A stretch of 64,000 bases of DNA from Marsupella aquatica (taxonomy: Eukaryota > Plantae > Marchantiophyta), in the NCBI GenBank assembly GCA_973895155.1, contig OZ316892.1, forward strand, positions 15,554,861 through 15,618,860, in the 5' to 3' direction. The notes under the pieces are model-generated. The model did not search any database. It was not told where the DNA came from and saw only the letters and a program-made list of their open reading frames with translations. Below, piece after piece: positions 1 through 12,600 of the stretch; position 1 is the stretch's first letter; each line of letters begins with the position of its first letter. Position numbers and translations under genes: made by a program.

Positions 1-514
1 ATGAAACCTTGCTTCTTCTTAATCCAATGCTTGCTGCCTTGTTACAACGTTTGTCTAGTTGACCACTTCAGTGCCTATTCTTCATTTCCTGTTGTTCCAT
101 TTTTGGAAATTTATGCTTAAGGAACCTGCATTTCCTTCCCTGTCCCCATGCTATCTCCACTGCACCTTCCACTGCTAGCTATGTTGATTCCTTCCATTGC
201 TAGCTCTAGACAATGATGCAGTCCAAATGCTGATCAGTCTCACTGGGGGTGCCGGTGCAGACACAACTCGCACTGTGTGATTGTAGTTTTGCTTTGTCGG
301 GACGAATGTGTTTGGCTAAGATGCTAGATTATGGCTTATCTTCTTGCTTCCATCTCGTGTATATTCAATTAGTAGAAGCTGGGAACGAAGTGAAAATTGA
401 ATTTCCTTATATTAAGCATCCTGACCTAGAAACTCAATACATAAACTCCTGGAGTCCCTCGGGACATAAAATGAGCCAAATTGTTTCAAAATTGGGAACC
501 TGCACCCGCACTAC

Positions 515-856
515 TCAAACAAATGTGTTGGGCTTGGTGGCCTTGTAAGTCGTCTTTAGCTTTCGCGATGGAGGTTGAATCTTGCGGTACGTCAAGGGGA
601 ACTTGATCTTTGAATCATGGAACTGCTTGGTACTTTCTCGCTTGCACAGAGAGACAGGGACTGTCGTAGTCTTGATGATCTGGATGCAAGGGAACCAAAC
701 TCTATGACAAGAAGCCATCTCATCATACATCTGCTCTACAGCGATGTTCAATGTGGTATCACGATATTTCTTGTACATGTTGGGATAACCTGTACGACTC
801 TGATACCTCACCCAAATACCGAAGTTCTTAATTGTGGTGGGCTTCTTTTCGAAGAT
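515..856 (-). pseudogene. RPL18A: 60S ribosomal protein L18a (eL20) last-exon fragment, decayed
   Basis: Reads [23 protein letters not shown]...YRDTTLN...CIQIIK...KFPL...RKLKTTYKA. It is preceded on the - strand by an intron acceptor (ctaccag|ATC). R>C (TGT) and R>W (TGG) changes fit CpG decay. No upstream exons were seen. Confidence 0.85.
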
Positions 857-1864
857 CTGGTAGACACATTATTCAGCATTTGCTAACTTCAAAACTAGAA
901 GGGTAACACATTAAACAACAGAGAAACTCACAACATCCTCCTTTGGTCCTTCAGAGTCTGTACTTTGATTATGAAGTTTGACTGAGTTTCTGTTTACTGA
1001 AAGAATGTGACTGTGTAAGAGTTCCGTTTGGCAGTGGATTGGTTGAAGCACTTCATGCTAGTGTGTTGTCTACAGCTCTTCAACCAGCTTTCGTCTTCCT
1101 TGTCTTTCACCACTTACGATGACATCAATTCAGCTAAGACCATAGAAGGTTCCAAAGCATCTAACTTGTAAAATTGCATTCTGTTACATCAAGGACTAAG
1201 GTGTTGGGTGCCAAAGGAGACAACACAACAAACACGCTGAAAAGACTTCAGGACTGGGTTCAACAAGGTAGTGAAGGTGCTTAGAGCCTAGTAAGTATGC
1301 ATTCTGTATCTTTCTCTGTTGATGTGAGCTTGTGCATAATGGGAGTTGTAGTTGGCAAGAGTTCCAAATATGAATAGATCCAGAAGTATGTGATCATGTA
1401 CTTGCTCTATAAAGTTCTGAAGATATAAGCATTTTCTGTTAGACCAGGCAACTTGGGAGTTGGTAAGTGTCACCTGCATCTGAGGGGCTACACCGGGGGC
1501 ATCAGTGGAGGTTCACTTGCACAACACGACAACCAGTGAATTTTCTCTCTGCTGCAACCTGCAAGGTGAGACTTTCGGTCTTTCTGGATGAAAAAACAGG
1601 ATTTTAATACGATTGATATACATGTCCGTCGAGAATATGGGTTTATCACCAAGCTCTTTGTCTTAGGAAACTCATAAACTCAGAATCAAATATGTACTAT
1701 GCACGTTTCATGCTATGTGTATACTATGACCTGTAGTTGGAACCAAGACAATGAGTGAGAACTGATTAGTTTAGGTGGTTGCTGTTGGCGAGGCAAGTCG
1801 ACCTCCTGCTCACCTTGCTCATCAAAGGACGTGAACAGAGGACATCACAACGAAAGCAACACTT

Positions 1865-2314
1865 ATGGTGAGGACCCGCAACGCTGAACATGTGCGACTT
1901 GCACGCAAGGCAGACATGTTGCACCTTGAGTATGTCAGACTTGGGATCCTTCCAGCCCAGTCTGCATGGTACTTTGAGTACCCTGTTGTTTCCAGGAACA
2001 ACTACAGCCGGCCTCTACCTGCTTCAGTACCCTTCCCGACATCCTTGGTATTTGTGTCTCTTGTACATGACCCGCCACAAATTAGGTGCCAAGGGTGTGT
2101 ACACAGTTGCCAATATGACTGTCCTGTCTGTAGGGCTTCTGGCCCAGAATTGGATGACCGTTCTCTTGGATGCCGATTTTTGCACAGAGCACAATGTATC
2201 ATCTGGAACCACTCGCCATCCTACAGTGTGCCTGGTGATGTCACTTGTCCTGCCCTCCCAGACCCCACCACCGGTGACTTTGGTGTCTACACATGTTTGG
2301 ATCACATGCTCTAG
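1865..2314 (+). CDS. Cys/His-rich hypothetical protein (possible zinc finger), probable CACTA cargo
   Basis: ATG-started 149-aa ORF (MVRTR...) containing CQGC...CQYDCPVC...CRFLHRAQC...TCLDH. Same strand as the CACTA genes. Confidence 0.4.
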   Translation: MVRTRNAEHVRLARKADMLHLEYVRLGILPAQSAWYFEYPVVSRNNYSRPLPASVPFPTSLVFVSLVHDPPQIRCQGCVHSCQYDCPVCRASGPELDDRSLGCRFLHRAQCIIWNHSPSYSVPGDVTCPALPDPTTGDFGVYTCLDHML

Positions 2315-2931
2315 AGGACCACTTGTCACACCGCATGCACAGACCAGATACCATTGACCTATAGCTTAACACTCTGACTTCAACACAGAGGATATTTACT
2401 TAAAATTTTGATGTATGAGCAATTTTGGGTCCAGGGTTTAGGGTCAACAGTACATAACTTATATCCTATTATGCCTGCACTAAGCAAAATATCCTAATTT
2501 AAGAGGCTAGCAAACTCGCATAAAAGTCTCTATTGAAAGACTGCTTTCATGACTGCTTTAACCTGGTGAACATTGCAACGTTCAATGAATTAATGGGCCA
2601 TGTGATAACCTGTAAAATGTGATTTATGCATCACTTATTTATCTCAGCCACTATCATAGCCTATTTAGGATGTATAAATTTCAACCCTTATGACACTGCT
2701 TCATACCAATCCTCTTCGAAGAATGCGCGTTTTACATGTCACGACTATTGTATGTGATTCAAATGCACGAAATGTTGTTGCAGATCTCCTTTGGTGAATC
2801 ATAGCCACAATTAAAATTGAGGTGTTGGTGGAGCAATTGTATTAGGGGATCAGGTTTGTGTGTGGGCTCAACATACCAAAAGTATGTCTGCTCTGCATCC
2901 TTGTGTGGCCATTCCAATTCATTGCAGTAGC

Positions 2932-3075
2932 AAATGCCTTTGTACCTTAAATGCTAAATATATTTTACTTTCTGTGCAGTCTGCTAAATTGTAGAGTCTA
3001 TCTAAATGCCTTTGTACCTTAAATGCTAAATATATATTACTTTCTGTGCAGTCTGCTAAACTGTAGAGTCTATCT
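2932..3075. repeat. 72-bp tandem duplication (2 copies)
   Basis: aaatgcctttgtaccttaaatgctaaatata...gtagagtctatct occurs at 2932 and 3004. Confidence 0.9.
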
Positions 3076-3086
3076 CATGCGCAGGC

Positions 3087-3767
3087 ATGGCACGACCTAA
3101 AATTCAAGCCAAAAAGCGTGTGACAGAGGTGAGAAACACAGGTGTACTTGGGGCAGATGCTACTAACTTCTCTGCAAGTCAGATTTTCCAGAAGGCAGCT
3201 CATTGTTGTGCCATTTGTGACGATGGTGGGGGCCTGGTCATTTGTGAGGGCCCTTGCATGAGGCATTTCCACCTCAACCCGGAGTCTGACCTTGCTGTAG
3301 AAAACAACTGTCCAGGGGTGGGCCTCCCGTCAATACACCAGGGAGACTGGATGTGCACTGATTGTTTGGAGAAGCAAGCTAAGTGTGCACAGTGTGGGAA
3401 GTTGGGGTCCTATGAGGGCTCTGTTGATGCTGCAGCAAATGTTAGGAAATGTCCAGACCGTTTTTGTGTGAGATTTTTCTGTTTTGAGTGTTTGCCTGCT
3501 CATGCCACAGCTTGCCCACTTCATAGGTGCAAGGCATGTGGTGAGCATGATCATGAGTACTAGACTGACATAGTCCACTGTGCTAGGTGTCCCACCATGT
3601 GGCACTATCATTGCCTGAAAGATCGTCAAGCAGAGGGTTATGCTTGTGATAGAGAAATCTATGATCACTCTGCACATGGTGTTGATCGATGGATATTTTA
3701 TTGTCATCGCCATGCCATTGATCCTACCTCGCGCACTCCTGTGAGAGATCACATATCTTGGCTGTGA
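3087..3767 (+). pseudogene. EDM2-like triple PHD-finger protein with one in-frame stop (TAG 3561-3563)
   Basis: CAICDDGGGLVICEGPCMRHFH...WMCTDC...CAQCGKLGS...CPLHRCKAC; past the stop the same frame gives CARCPTMWHYHCL...WIFYCHRHAIDPTSRTPVRDHISWL*. This matches the layout and C-terminal TPVRDH of the EDM2 PHD region as I recall it. Confidence 0.75.
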
Positions 3768-4557
3768 AGCTGAACATTGTACATGCACAGTGCACCTGAT
3801 GTGGATGTACTATTTTTTGAGATTGCAGAGATTCCAATTTTGAAAAGGAGTTGGGTAGGCGAGTTTATATAGGCAGCACTTATCTTGTGCTCTGGCGTCA
3901 GTGGCTGGGTACATGCCTATAAAAACTTATCCTTACAAGCCTTCTTGGAAGTATTTAGGCTGAGTGGTCATTTTCATAAACACTTTCATCAAACTGCTAA
4001 ATTAAAATAGGACTTCTAAGTTGTAAGCGTATAAATTATCAGACATGCGATTAATCAAATTGCCCTATAAGTTTGTCATTGAACGTATCCTCCTTTACAA
4101 CAAAATATGTATGTGCCATGACAAGTTGGTTGCACTTCATTTCACCTTCGATATGGATTTTGTAGTATATATTCAAACAATGTCCTGCATCCGTGCAGGT
4201 GCCTAGTACGTATTGTTCACATATCCCTTGTACCTATCAAAATCGGACCTGAGCACCAGTGGGCCAGATCAACTCAAAAAGCAGGAATTTTGTTGTCCTT
4301 GTATTGTCAGGTGAACCCATTCTTCCAAAATTCACTGTCATCACGTAGGGTGTGTGTACATGGAGCCTGGGAAACGTAGAAAGTGTGACCACCCAGCAGT
4401 GTTTACAGGGGTCAGAGCCATTTTGGTCCATGGCCAGCATGGGTTGACCAAAGTGCATTGGCCAACTGTACAGAAACGATTCTCTGAGCTCCATGGCACT
4501 GTAGTTTAGGACATCACTCCAGAGACTACACATGTTGTTGCAGGGACATGGCTATCA

Positions 4558-5232
4558 GTGATAAAGAAGTGGTCATGGTCCTACATGAATTCTGCAATTA
4601 CTAAGCAAGGCCTAAAAGTAGTTGAGGCCTCTTGGATCACAGATTCCATGGCACATCAGATTGTACAGGATACTGAGCAATATGAGCTGTGGGAGGATGA
4701 AGAAGCTACTGCATCAGCTTGGGCTGAACAAGAAGTCTGGGAAGCAAAGGCACGGCTTGCTGATGTCCAATATGGACCTGTACTCAACAAAGGACAGAGC
4801 TCTAGAAGGCTGAAGAGTATGTTGGCTGAGGAGACGAAGCAACCAACCCCCATTCTGAAAGGGCTAAGCATGGTATTTGTGGAGGCGGGAATTGGAGAGG
4901 TTAAGTGCAAAGTGTACAAGTCCACGGTGCTTGACCTAGGTGGGACAGTTGAGGAGAATATAACAGAGGACACCACTCATGTCATTACTAAGTCATATCC
5001 CAAAGCCTGCCGCAAGTTTGGGAAGGGAGACATTCGCTTTTATGTCATGTCCCATAATGTGTTTGTGGTTTCATATGCTTGGCTTGTGGAATCAGTAGCA
5101 GCTGGGAAGTGTCAAAACCCAATGGACTATGATCTTTTTGAGGCCTGGCCACGGAAGGGTCAGGATCCTTACAGAGAGGACTATGAGACAACAAGTGAGG
5201 AATGGGTCATTAGCGATTCTGAATCAGAGTGA
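4558..5232 (+). CDS. BRCT-domain protein (partial BRCT plus full BRCT resembling plant DNA polymerase lambda N-terminus)
   Basis: LKGLSMVFVEAG...LGGTVEENITEDTTHVI...VVSYAWLVESVAAGK...DYDL, with an upstream BRCT tail VVEASWITDSM...YEL. The 5' end is uncertain. Confidence 0.7.
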   Translation: MIKKWSWSYMNSAITKQGLKVVEASWITDSMAHQIVQDTEQYELWEDEEATASAWAEQEVWEAKARLADVQYGPVLNKGQSSRRLKSMLAEETKQPTPILKGLSMVFVEAGIGEVKCKVYKSTVLDLGGTVEENITEDTTHVITKSYPKACRKFGKGDIRFYVMSHNVFVVSYAWLVESVAAGKCQNPMDYDLFEAWPRKGQDPYREDYETTSEEWVISDSESE

Positions 5233-5764
5233 GGAGTAGTAGCATCAGTTTGGACACAAGTTTTTTTGTATAAATCAGATCATTGAAATAAATGTGATCT
5301 TTGAACTAATGTACCTTGTTATGGTTGGTGGCAGTTGGGCTTATTTTACTGTTGGCGGATTGTTGTTTCCTGCTGCCTGGGGGTGTCACTGTAAACGTAC
5401 TGGGTGGGCTCAAATCTCGGCGGTGAGATATCTGATACCGCTCTCACACCTATGCCTATGACTATACATGATTGGACTCTGATATGGTCATGGGTGTACA
5501 TGCAGAGGCGGTACATTTGAGGACAACTGTGGAGGTGGTGACACCCTCAAACATTGAGGAATTTTGTGTCATTCACTTGACAATAGGTACACTACTCGCA
5601 AACCTGTTTTTTTCTTTTGGGGTGGTTTAGGGTTTGTGAGAATTTATTACACGTTATGTTAACTCTTTTGGCACATACAGTCAGGGATATATGGAACACA
5701 AATACCACCATTAGGCATCCCTGTTCACTGCTGTCCATGACTGCAGAGCTTCCAGCCTGTTACA

Positions 5765-8700
5765 ATGCACCCTGGTCACCACCCTCCCCAAACCCAGCCC
5801 AGGGCACAGGCACTGCCTTTGCATCATCCCACAAGGATATCACGCCATGATAATAAGCTTTGGCAGCGTGAAAGGTTACGAACCAGACTTTCAGGAGCCA
5901 GTAGGATGAGATGTCCTTGTGCAATCTGCCAAGGATCCCGTACTAGGGGTCTGAATGAGGTTTGGCGGCATATCGCGGTTCATGGAAGAGATCCACGACA
6001 TCGAGTTTGGAATGATCCTGCAGAGGAAGATTCTTCTGACGAGGAGTGGAGGTTAGAATTTGATGCTGCCAATGCTGCAAGACGGGCAAGTGAGGTTCTG
6101 CCTGGTGCATTTGAAAATGTTGTAGCTGGTCTCTGTGGGTTGTCAGCTCTCCAACGGGATGGTGCTCAGGCAGCACCACGTGACGAAGGAATTCATGTGG
6201 AAGAGATGGTGAGAGACATCTTCCAAGACTTGGATGCATTTCATGATGGGCTGGACAACGAAGAGGATACGGCTGCAGATGCAAGTGTGCCCCCTGTCGA
6301 AGAGCCTCTTGATGAGTTTGATATAGGGCAGGAAACCCCTGGGCATGATGGGATGTTTGGCTCTCCCCTGCAAATACAGGAAGGCAGGAAGTCTTTGTAC
6401 CCCGGTAGCAAATGTTCTAAACTGGGATTTGTCATCATGTTCCTGAACATTTGCGGCAACCACAATGTCCCCAACGTTTTGGTTTCTGAGTTGTTGGCAT
6501 TCTTGCGAACAACTGTGCTACCAGATGGTAATATTTTGCCCAAGAACATGTACGAGGCAAAAAGATGCATATCTAATCTTGGATTGAACTATGATTTGAT
6601 CCATGCCTGTCCTGATGGGCATGTTCTTTTCAGAAAGGAGTATAAAGAATCGTTGACATGCCCTAAGTGTGGGAAGCACAGGTATCGGAACTCAGGAAAG
6701 TCTATGGTTCCCGCCAAGGTACTTCGTCATTTTCCACTCATTCCCAGACTTCAGCGGATGTTCAGAAGCCGTGCCATCTCGGAGATGATGACTTGGGCAA
6801 CTGACAAGAAAAGTGATGATGGGCTACAACGACATGCTGCAGATTCAAGGCAATGGAAACTCATAGATGAGATGTATCCCGAATTTGCTGCTGAGCCGAG
6901 GAATGTCAGACTTGGGCTGTCATTGGATGGGGTAAACCCATTTGGAGACAAGAACAACAAATTTTCGTGCTGGCCTGTAACTATTTTGAATTATAACCTT
7001 CCTCCTTGGATGACTACAAAGCGATTTTTTGTTCTGATGGTCCTACTGATACCAGGGCCAGACAGTGCTGTATCTGCCAACATAGATGTGTTTCTGGCTC
7101 CCCTAGTGGAGGAATTGAGAAAGCTTTGGGAGGAAGGAGTTCTCACATATGATGTCCTACAGAGGCTTGGGAGGTTAAACCCATTCATCCTTAGAGCCAT
7201 TGTCATTCTGACTATAGCTGACTACCCAGCCCATGGGATGATATTAGGCCAAACAACAAAAGGATATTGTGCTTGTACTATCTGTGGGCGCAATGTCACG
7301 AGTGAGTACTCCAGAGCCCTGCAGAAAGTGATATACATGGGCCATCGTCGTTTTCTGAAGGCAGATCACCCTTACAGAGAAAGACAGGCACTGATTGCAC
7401 ACTTTGGCAATGAGATTGAGCAACGTGGACCCCCGGCACGAGTGACCAAAGAGGAGATCAGGCAGTGGGGAGCACTGAGGGATGACTATATCAAACGAGG
7501 GGGCAGGGAAGATGGAGTGAGTGATCCAATAAAGCGATATGGTGTAAAAAGACTGAGCATATTGGACTTGGAGCTCAAGTACTGGAGGGTAAGCCTCTTG
7601 GAGTTGATGCTAATTGGGATACATGTTTTGGTTCAGAGCATGTGCATTCATTTCGAAGAGAGAGACTAAACTTGAGGCATTTCCTGACGCTTTTGCATTG
7701 CAACGATGCAGGAGTTTAAGCCAAGCAAACATAACATTGATGTTATGCACATTGAAAAGAATATTTGTGAGAGTCTACTCAGATTCTTGTGTGGAGAGAA
7801 AGACACTGGTTCAGTGAGATTGGATCTTGAACAGAGGGGAATGAAACCCCATCTTTGGTTGAGGCCACATGCCCACAGAGCTGATGTGCTCTTGAAGTAC
7901 CAAGCGCCCTATGTTCTGACAGACACAGAGTGGGAACTATTTGTGCAGAGGTTGAGTTCTTTGAAGGTTCCTTCAAACTATGGCAGTGCTTTCAAGAAGC
8001 ATATCATGACTAGAAAGCTTGGTAGTATGAAAAGCCATGACTACCATATGTTGATGCAACAGGTGTTGCCTTTATGCCTGAGGGGCCTGTTGCAGAAGCC
8101 TGTTCGTACTGTGATCATGCGACTCAGTGATGTGTTTCGTCGTATTTGTGTGAAGGTTTGGGATGAAACACACTTCCCACAACTGACAGAAGATGTCGCT
8201 CAGGTGCTGTGTGACCTGGAGATTTATTTTCCTCCCGCATTTTTTGATGTCATGACCCACCTACTTGTCCATGTTGTGGAAGAGCTACACCAATTTGGGC
8301 TTGTGAGTGCTCGTTGGTTGTACCCTTTGGAACGGTACATGAAGCTACTCAAAGGTCACGTGAGAACATATTACAAACCTGAAGCAAGCATGGCTAAAGG
8401 TTACATCAAGGATGAGACTCTAGGATTTCTGACCGAATACATAGCACAATATGAGCATGTGAAGACCAGGGTGTGGAATTCTGATGAGGAGGAAGGGGTG
8501 ATAGGTGAAGTACTGGAAGGGGCTGCAACCACAAAGAACCTGACCATATCTATGAGAGACTTGGCACATGACTTTGTATTGCACAACACTGTGGTGATGG
8601 AACCCTGGATACAGTGAGTGCATACATGTGCTATAATCCAGTTCATGAGCTTAAATGTTGTGTTCGTGTGGTTTTCTCCTTCAGCCTGTTCATGTTTACC

Positions 8701-9496
8701 CAAGCTAATGCTGTGTGGTTGTTCGTTCAGGGAGTATGAGTCATTGAAGGCGGCCCATCCCACTGCAGGAACAACTTTTCCAGGTTTCATGGAGTGGATC
8801 AGAGTGGCAATTAGAGAGCATCACGAGACCCACCCAGACATGGATGCAGATATTTACCTACTGTCTAATGCCCCTAGCCTGAAAGTGAAGACTTACAAAC
8901 GGATGAGAGCATATGGGAATCACTTTCGAGTGAAGGATGGTGACAGTGCCTACAGGGTGATGAATGACTGCGGGCTCATCACTGTATTTGAGCAACAGAG
9001 CCACAATCACGATAGGGCTTGGATGGAGATGGGATATGTGGGAGAATTAGTTGACATATGGGCTCTGGACTATGGGGCGGTGTCCAGTCCTATGATTCTT
9101 ATGAAAGGTTCATGGGTGCGGCAGGATTGGCTTGGTAACAGGGCTACCATGAAGAGAGACAACGACGGTTTCTTGCTGGCCAATTTCAGAGGGAAATTGC
9201 CCGAATGGTCTGAGCCATTTGTGTTTCCTAGTCAGGTGGAGCAAGCTTTCTTCCTGGATGTGGAAGACTCCCCAGGTTGGCGTGTAGTGTGTCATAAACA
9301 GGCCAGGCAACGTCGGATGGAAGGATCACACCTTGAGTTTCATTTACACTCTCATAGTGCCTTTGATCGTCGGCGTTCAGACCAAGTGCCTGTAGTTCAT
9401 GATAGCGGGGACTTCATTCCTGTGACAAGGGTAGATGCATTTGCTGAAGGAGGCGAATTCAGAGATGCAGATGCCAACAGTGTGCCTGTGCCATGA
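5765..9496 (+). CDS. CACTA TnpD-like transposase (Transposase_21/DUF4218/DUF4216 type); exons ~5765-7588, 7712-8613, 8731-9496
   Basis: Motifs CPCAIC...H, IHACPDGHVLF...CPKC, PRNVRLGLSLDGVNPF, SCWPV...YNLPP, ADYPA, DVMHIEKN, MKSHDYH, FPPAFFDVMTHL, WLYPLERYM, EPFVFPSQVEQAFF. GT-AG introns restore the frame. Confidence 0.92.
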
Positions 9497-9651
9497 GTAA
9501 TGTGAATTGTTTGCATGGACATTAGTGAGGGGAAGGATGTGTAATAAAGTAATTCTGAAGCAACACAGATGTATGGATGGATGCCTGGTGATTGTGGTTG
9601 CATTGTGTTATACGGGGTGATCATAGATAACATGTTTTTGTGGTCCAGTAG

Positions 9652-12600
9652 GATGGAACAGAGTGACACAGAGATGTGTGAGTATGAAAGGAAAGCTATG
9701 GAACAACGAGCATACGTGAAAGCCAAAATCGCAGAACTGGATCTGGAAAAGGATGTGGCTGAATTGTAAGGGAACGATTCTCAACTACACCCCTCCGCTG
9801 AGTTTGTGTGACATGAATAGTTCAATGTGGCACTGAAATTGTGACTGTATTCTCATATTGGAATGTCGCAGAGCCACAGCATTTTCAAAGAAACAAAAGG
9901 AGTACGCAAGAAGGTCGTACCTACAATGGCAGAATGTGGAGATGACATTGATGCTGCACAGGTGGGTGCAGACACTAGACAAGAAGATGCAGATGATGAG
10001 TATTTTCCAGAGGAAATGGATGAGGATGGGGGTTATGAAGATGAATACATTGCAGAGCAGCCCCAAAAGAAACAGGTAAGTAGTTTTCCCAACAAGGTTT
10101 TGAGTTAAAAACTCTTGTTTAGAGGTTTCATATGTTCAGTACTACACATATGTACCTTGCTTAGTTCCTGACATTGTAGTTGGTGATGTGATGCAGCGTC
10201 CTACCAGTTCTGTTTTGCCTTCGAAGCCTGTGCATGCACCATACCAGCAGGGGGGCTGACCTCTGATCAAGGTTGGCGAGGTGGTAGTAGTGGTAGATCC
10301 CAGGCTGGTGCCCAATACTATGGCAGGGGGCAAGCTCTAGGTTATGCCCATGGTAGAGGCAGAGCAGGTCCAAACCCACAATCTCGTGGGTATGGACGTC
10401 CACCTCAACCATGGGGATGTGAGTATATATCTATATGCCAGTTCTTTGTGAAGGCATGGCACTCCTGAATTTCAGACTGCATATCAATTTTTGACATTGT
10501 TTGGGATGTATTGGATTCAGACAACATGAAATTCTGTCCACCTGCCATTGCATGCAGATTCTGCCCAACCTGATTGGGCAAATGCTAGTAATGATCAGTT
10601 CCAATGTCCACAAGGACAGACATGGGTTGAACCAGGTTGGGAGGATGGTGGTGGGTCATGGAATGAACAAGGTTGGGAAGGTGGTGAAGGTAATTGGCAG
10701 GGATATCAAAATTCAGTACCTACAAACGCTGGAAGAGGGGCAGGTAATGTCTGATCTTGTCAGCAATGGAAGAACTCATTATATCTGGAGTCCATTCACG
10801 TGGGGGGGACTCTGCACATGTATAATGATAGAAAATGTATGTGTGCAGGTTGGACAGTTGAACCATCGACTCAAGTATTCACTAATGCCCCTATGCAGAT
10901 GCAGCACGGAAGGGGGACAGGTATGTTGGTGAATGTTCAGTTGTTTTCCTACAGTTTGTACTTAGTTTTCAGTACATATGTTTGCACACACATACCTAGA
11001 AAGTGACATCATCCGGCCCCTGTACTAGGCTGGACAGGTGGTCCAGGGTCGCAACAATTTCAGAGTGCAGTCCCTGCACAGGCATCTACAGGCAGAGCTA
11101 CAGGTATGTATGTTTGAAGAATTTTTCTTGAAGTGAAGCATTGAATGTTGCTGTCATCCATTCTGCTATATGTAGTTCTCAAGCATGAATGGCATTGTAT
11201 TTTCCCAGGTGGCTTCAGAACCCCAGGTAGGGTGAATGAAGGGGTGGCCAATACAACGCCCAGTACTACCGAGAGCAGTGCACGAGGGGAGGTGACAAAG
11301 AAAGGGAACGTAAAGTTGAATGAGAGACAATGGGTGGATGCTGAGTGTCCTCGCAAGAACCGATGGCATGCTGATTTGAAAGCTGAAGTATTGCGTTGGT
11401 TAGATGTGAGTGTTATTAATTTTAAAAAACAGCATCCAAAAGATTGGAAGACTGTATGTGAAAATGTTGCTGCCAAATGGAATTATGTGGGCAGTGATGA
11501 TGACGTGGACATAGGTTGCCTAGAGAGTACAGCAGGGAAAATCATCAAGCAAGAGAGGTGGAGAATGCATAAGGCTTGGAAGGAAGGTGGGGAGAAGCCA
11601 GATATGCCTCCACCAGCCAGTTGTGATGATAAAGTGTGGGCAAGGTTAGTAGCTTATTTTGTAACAGATGCTTCAAAAAAGAAGAGTTCACAGATGACCG
11701 AGGCCAGGTTGAGTGTTCAGAACCCTAATCTGACAGGAAGGACCGGCACTGCACCGACAGCTAAACGTTTGGTAAGAATGAATGGCCTAGCTATGTAATT
11801 TATGCTACACTATGTACTGTTTTTTAGTGTAAACCCATACATGTAAACTTTGTTTTTTAGTGTACGTTCCCTGAATATTGATCGATAACTTGTGTTTGCC
11901 ATGCATGTGCAGAAAGCCCAATTGGGGCAAAGCCCTTCAAAAGAAGAGTTGAGGGCTGAAATTGTGAACACCCGGGCTCAAGAGGCTGCATCTGAATCCT
12001 CCAAGCATGTAAGTTATATGAGTTCTGATTGGTAATTGAATGACCTGCGTTGAATTTCAGGTGTACACTGTATATAACATTGATTGTGCATATATTGCCC
12101 AACATTTCATATGGAGTGATTGAACCTATACCCCTGTGTCATGTAGGGAGGTGGATCTTCACTTACAGAGATAAGTGGTCGTTTGAAGGCTGTCGAAACA
12201 TGTCTTCCAGAGATCAATGAACGTTTGAATTCATTGACTGACTTGTTCCATGTGAACTTCAAGACATTAATGGAAGCTGTTGTGTCGGTGAGAGATAAAA
12301 TTGATTCCAATTCTGCAGGAGTTCCACCATCACCATTTGAGGTGGCAAAGTCGATGCACTCTTCTGGCATGCCAACGACATGTAGGCTTGAAGGTAAGGC
12401 CTTTACAACTGTGTGGGATATGATTATTAAATGTATAGTTTGAATTGACATTGTTTGTTGAATGTGTTATTTTCAGTAACATATATTGTGGTTGATGTGT
12501 CCATAGAGAATAAGACAGGTGCTACAGAGAAGAAGTATGAGAACCTGGCAAATACTCGCTGTAATTTAGAGGCAACAAAGTTGCAGTCTGTACAAGCAAC

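Noticed and set aside
950-1491. Possible LTR remnant ending in ...GGGGCTACA
   Set aside because: No matching start, TSD or second copy found.
5589-5600. CACTAC as a possible CACTA left end
   Set aside because: It does not match the right TIR (CACTAGAAGAATC), has no ATC TSD and has no subterminal repeat array.
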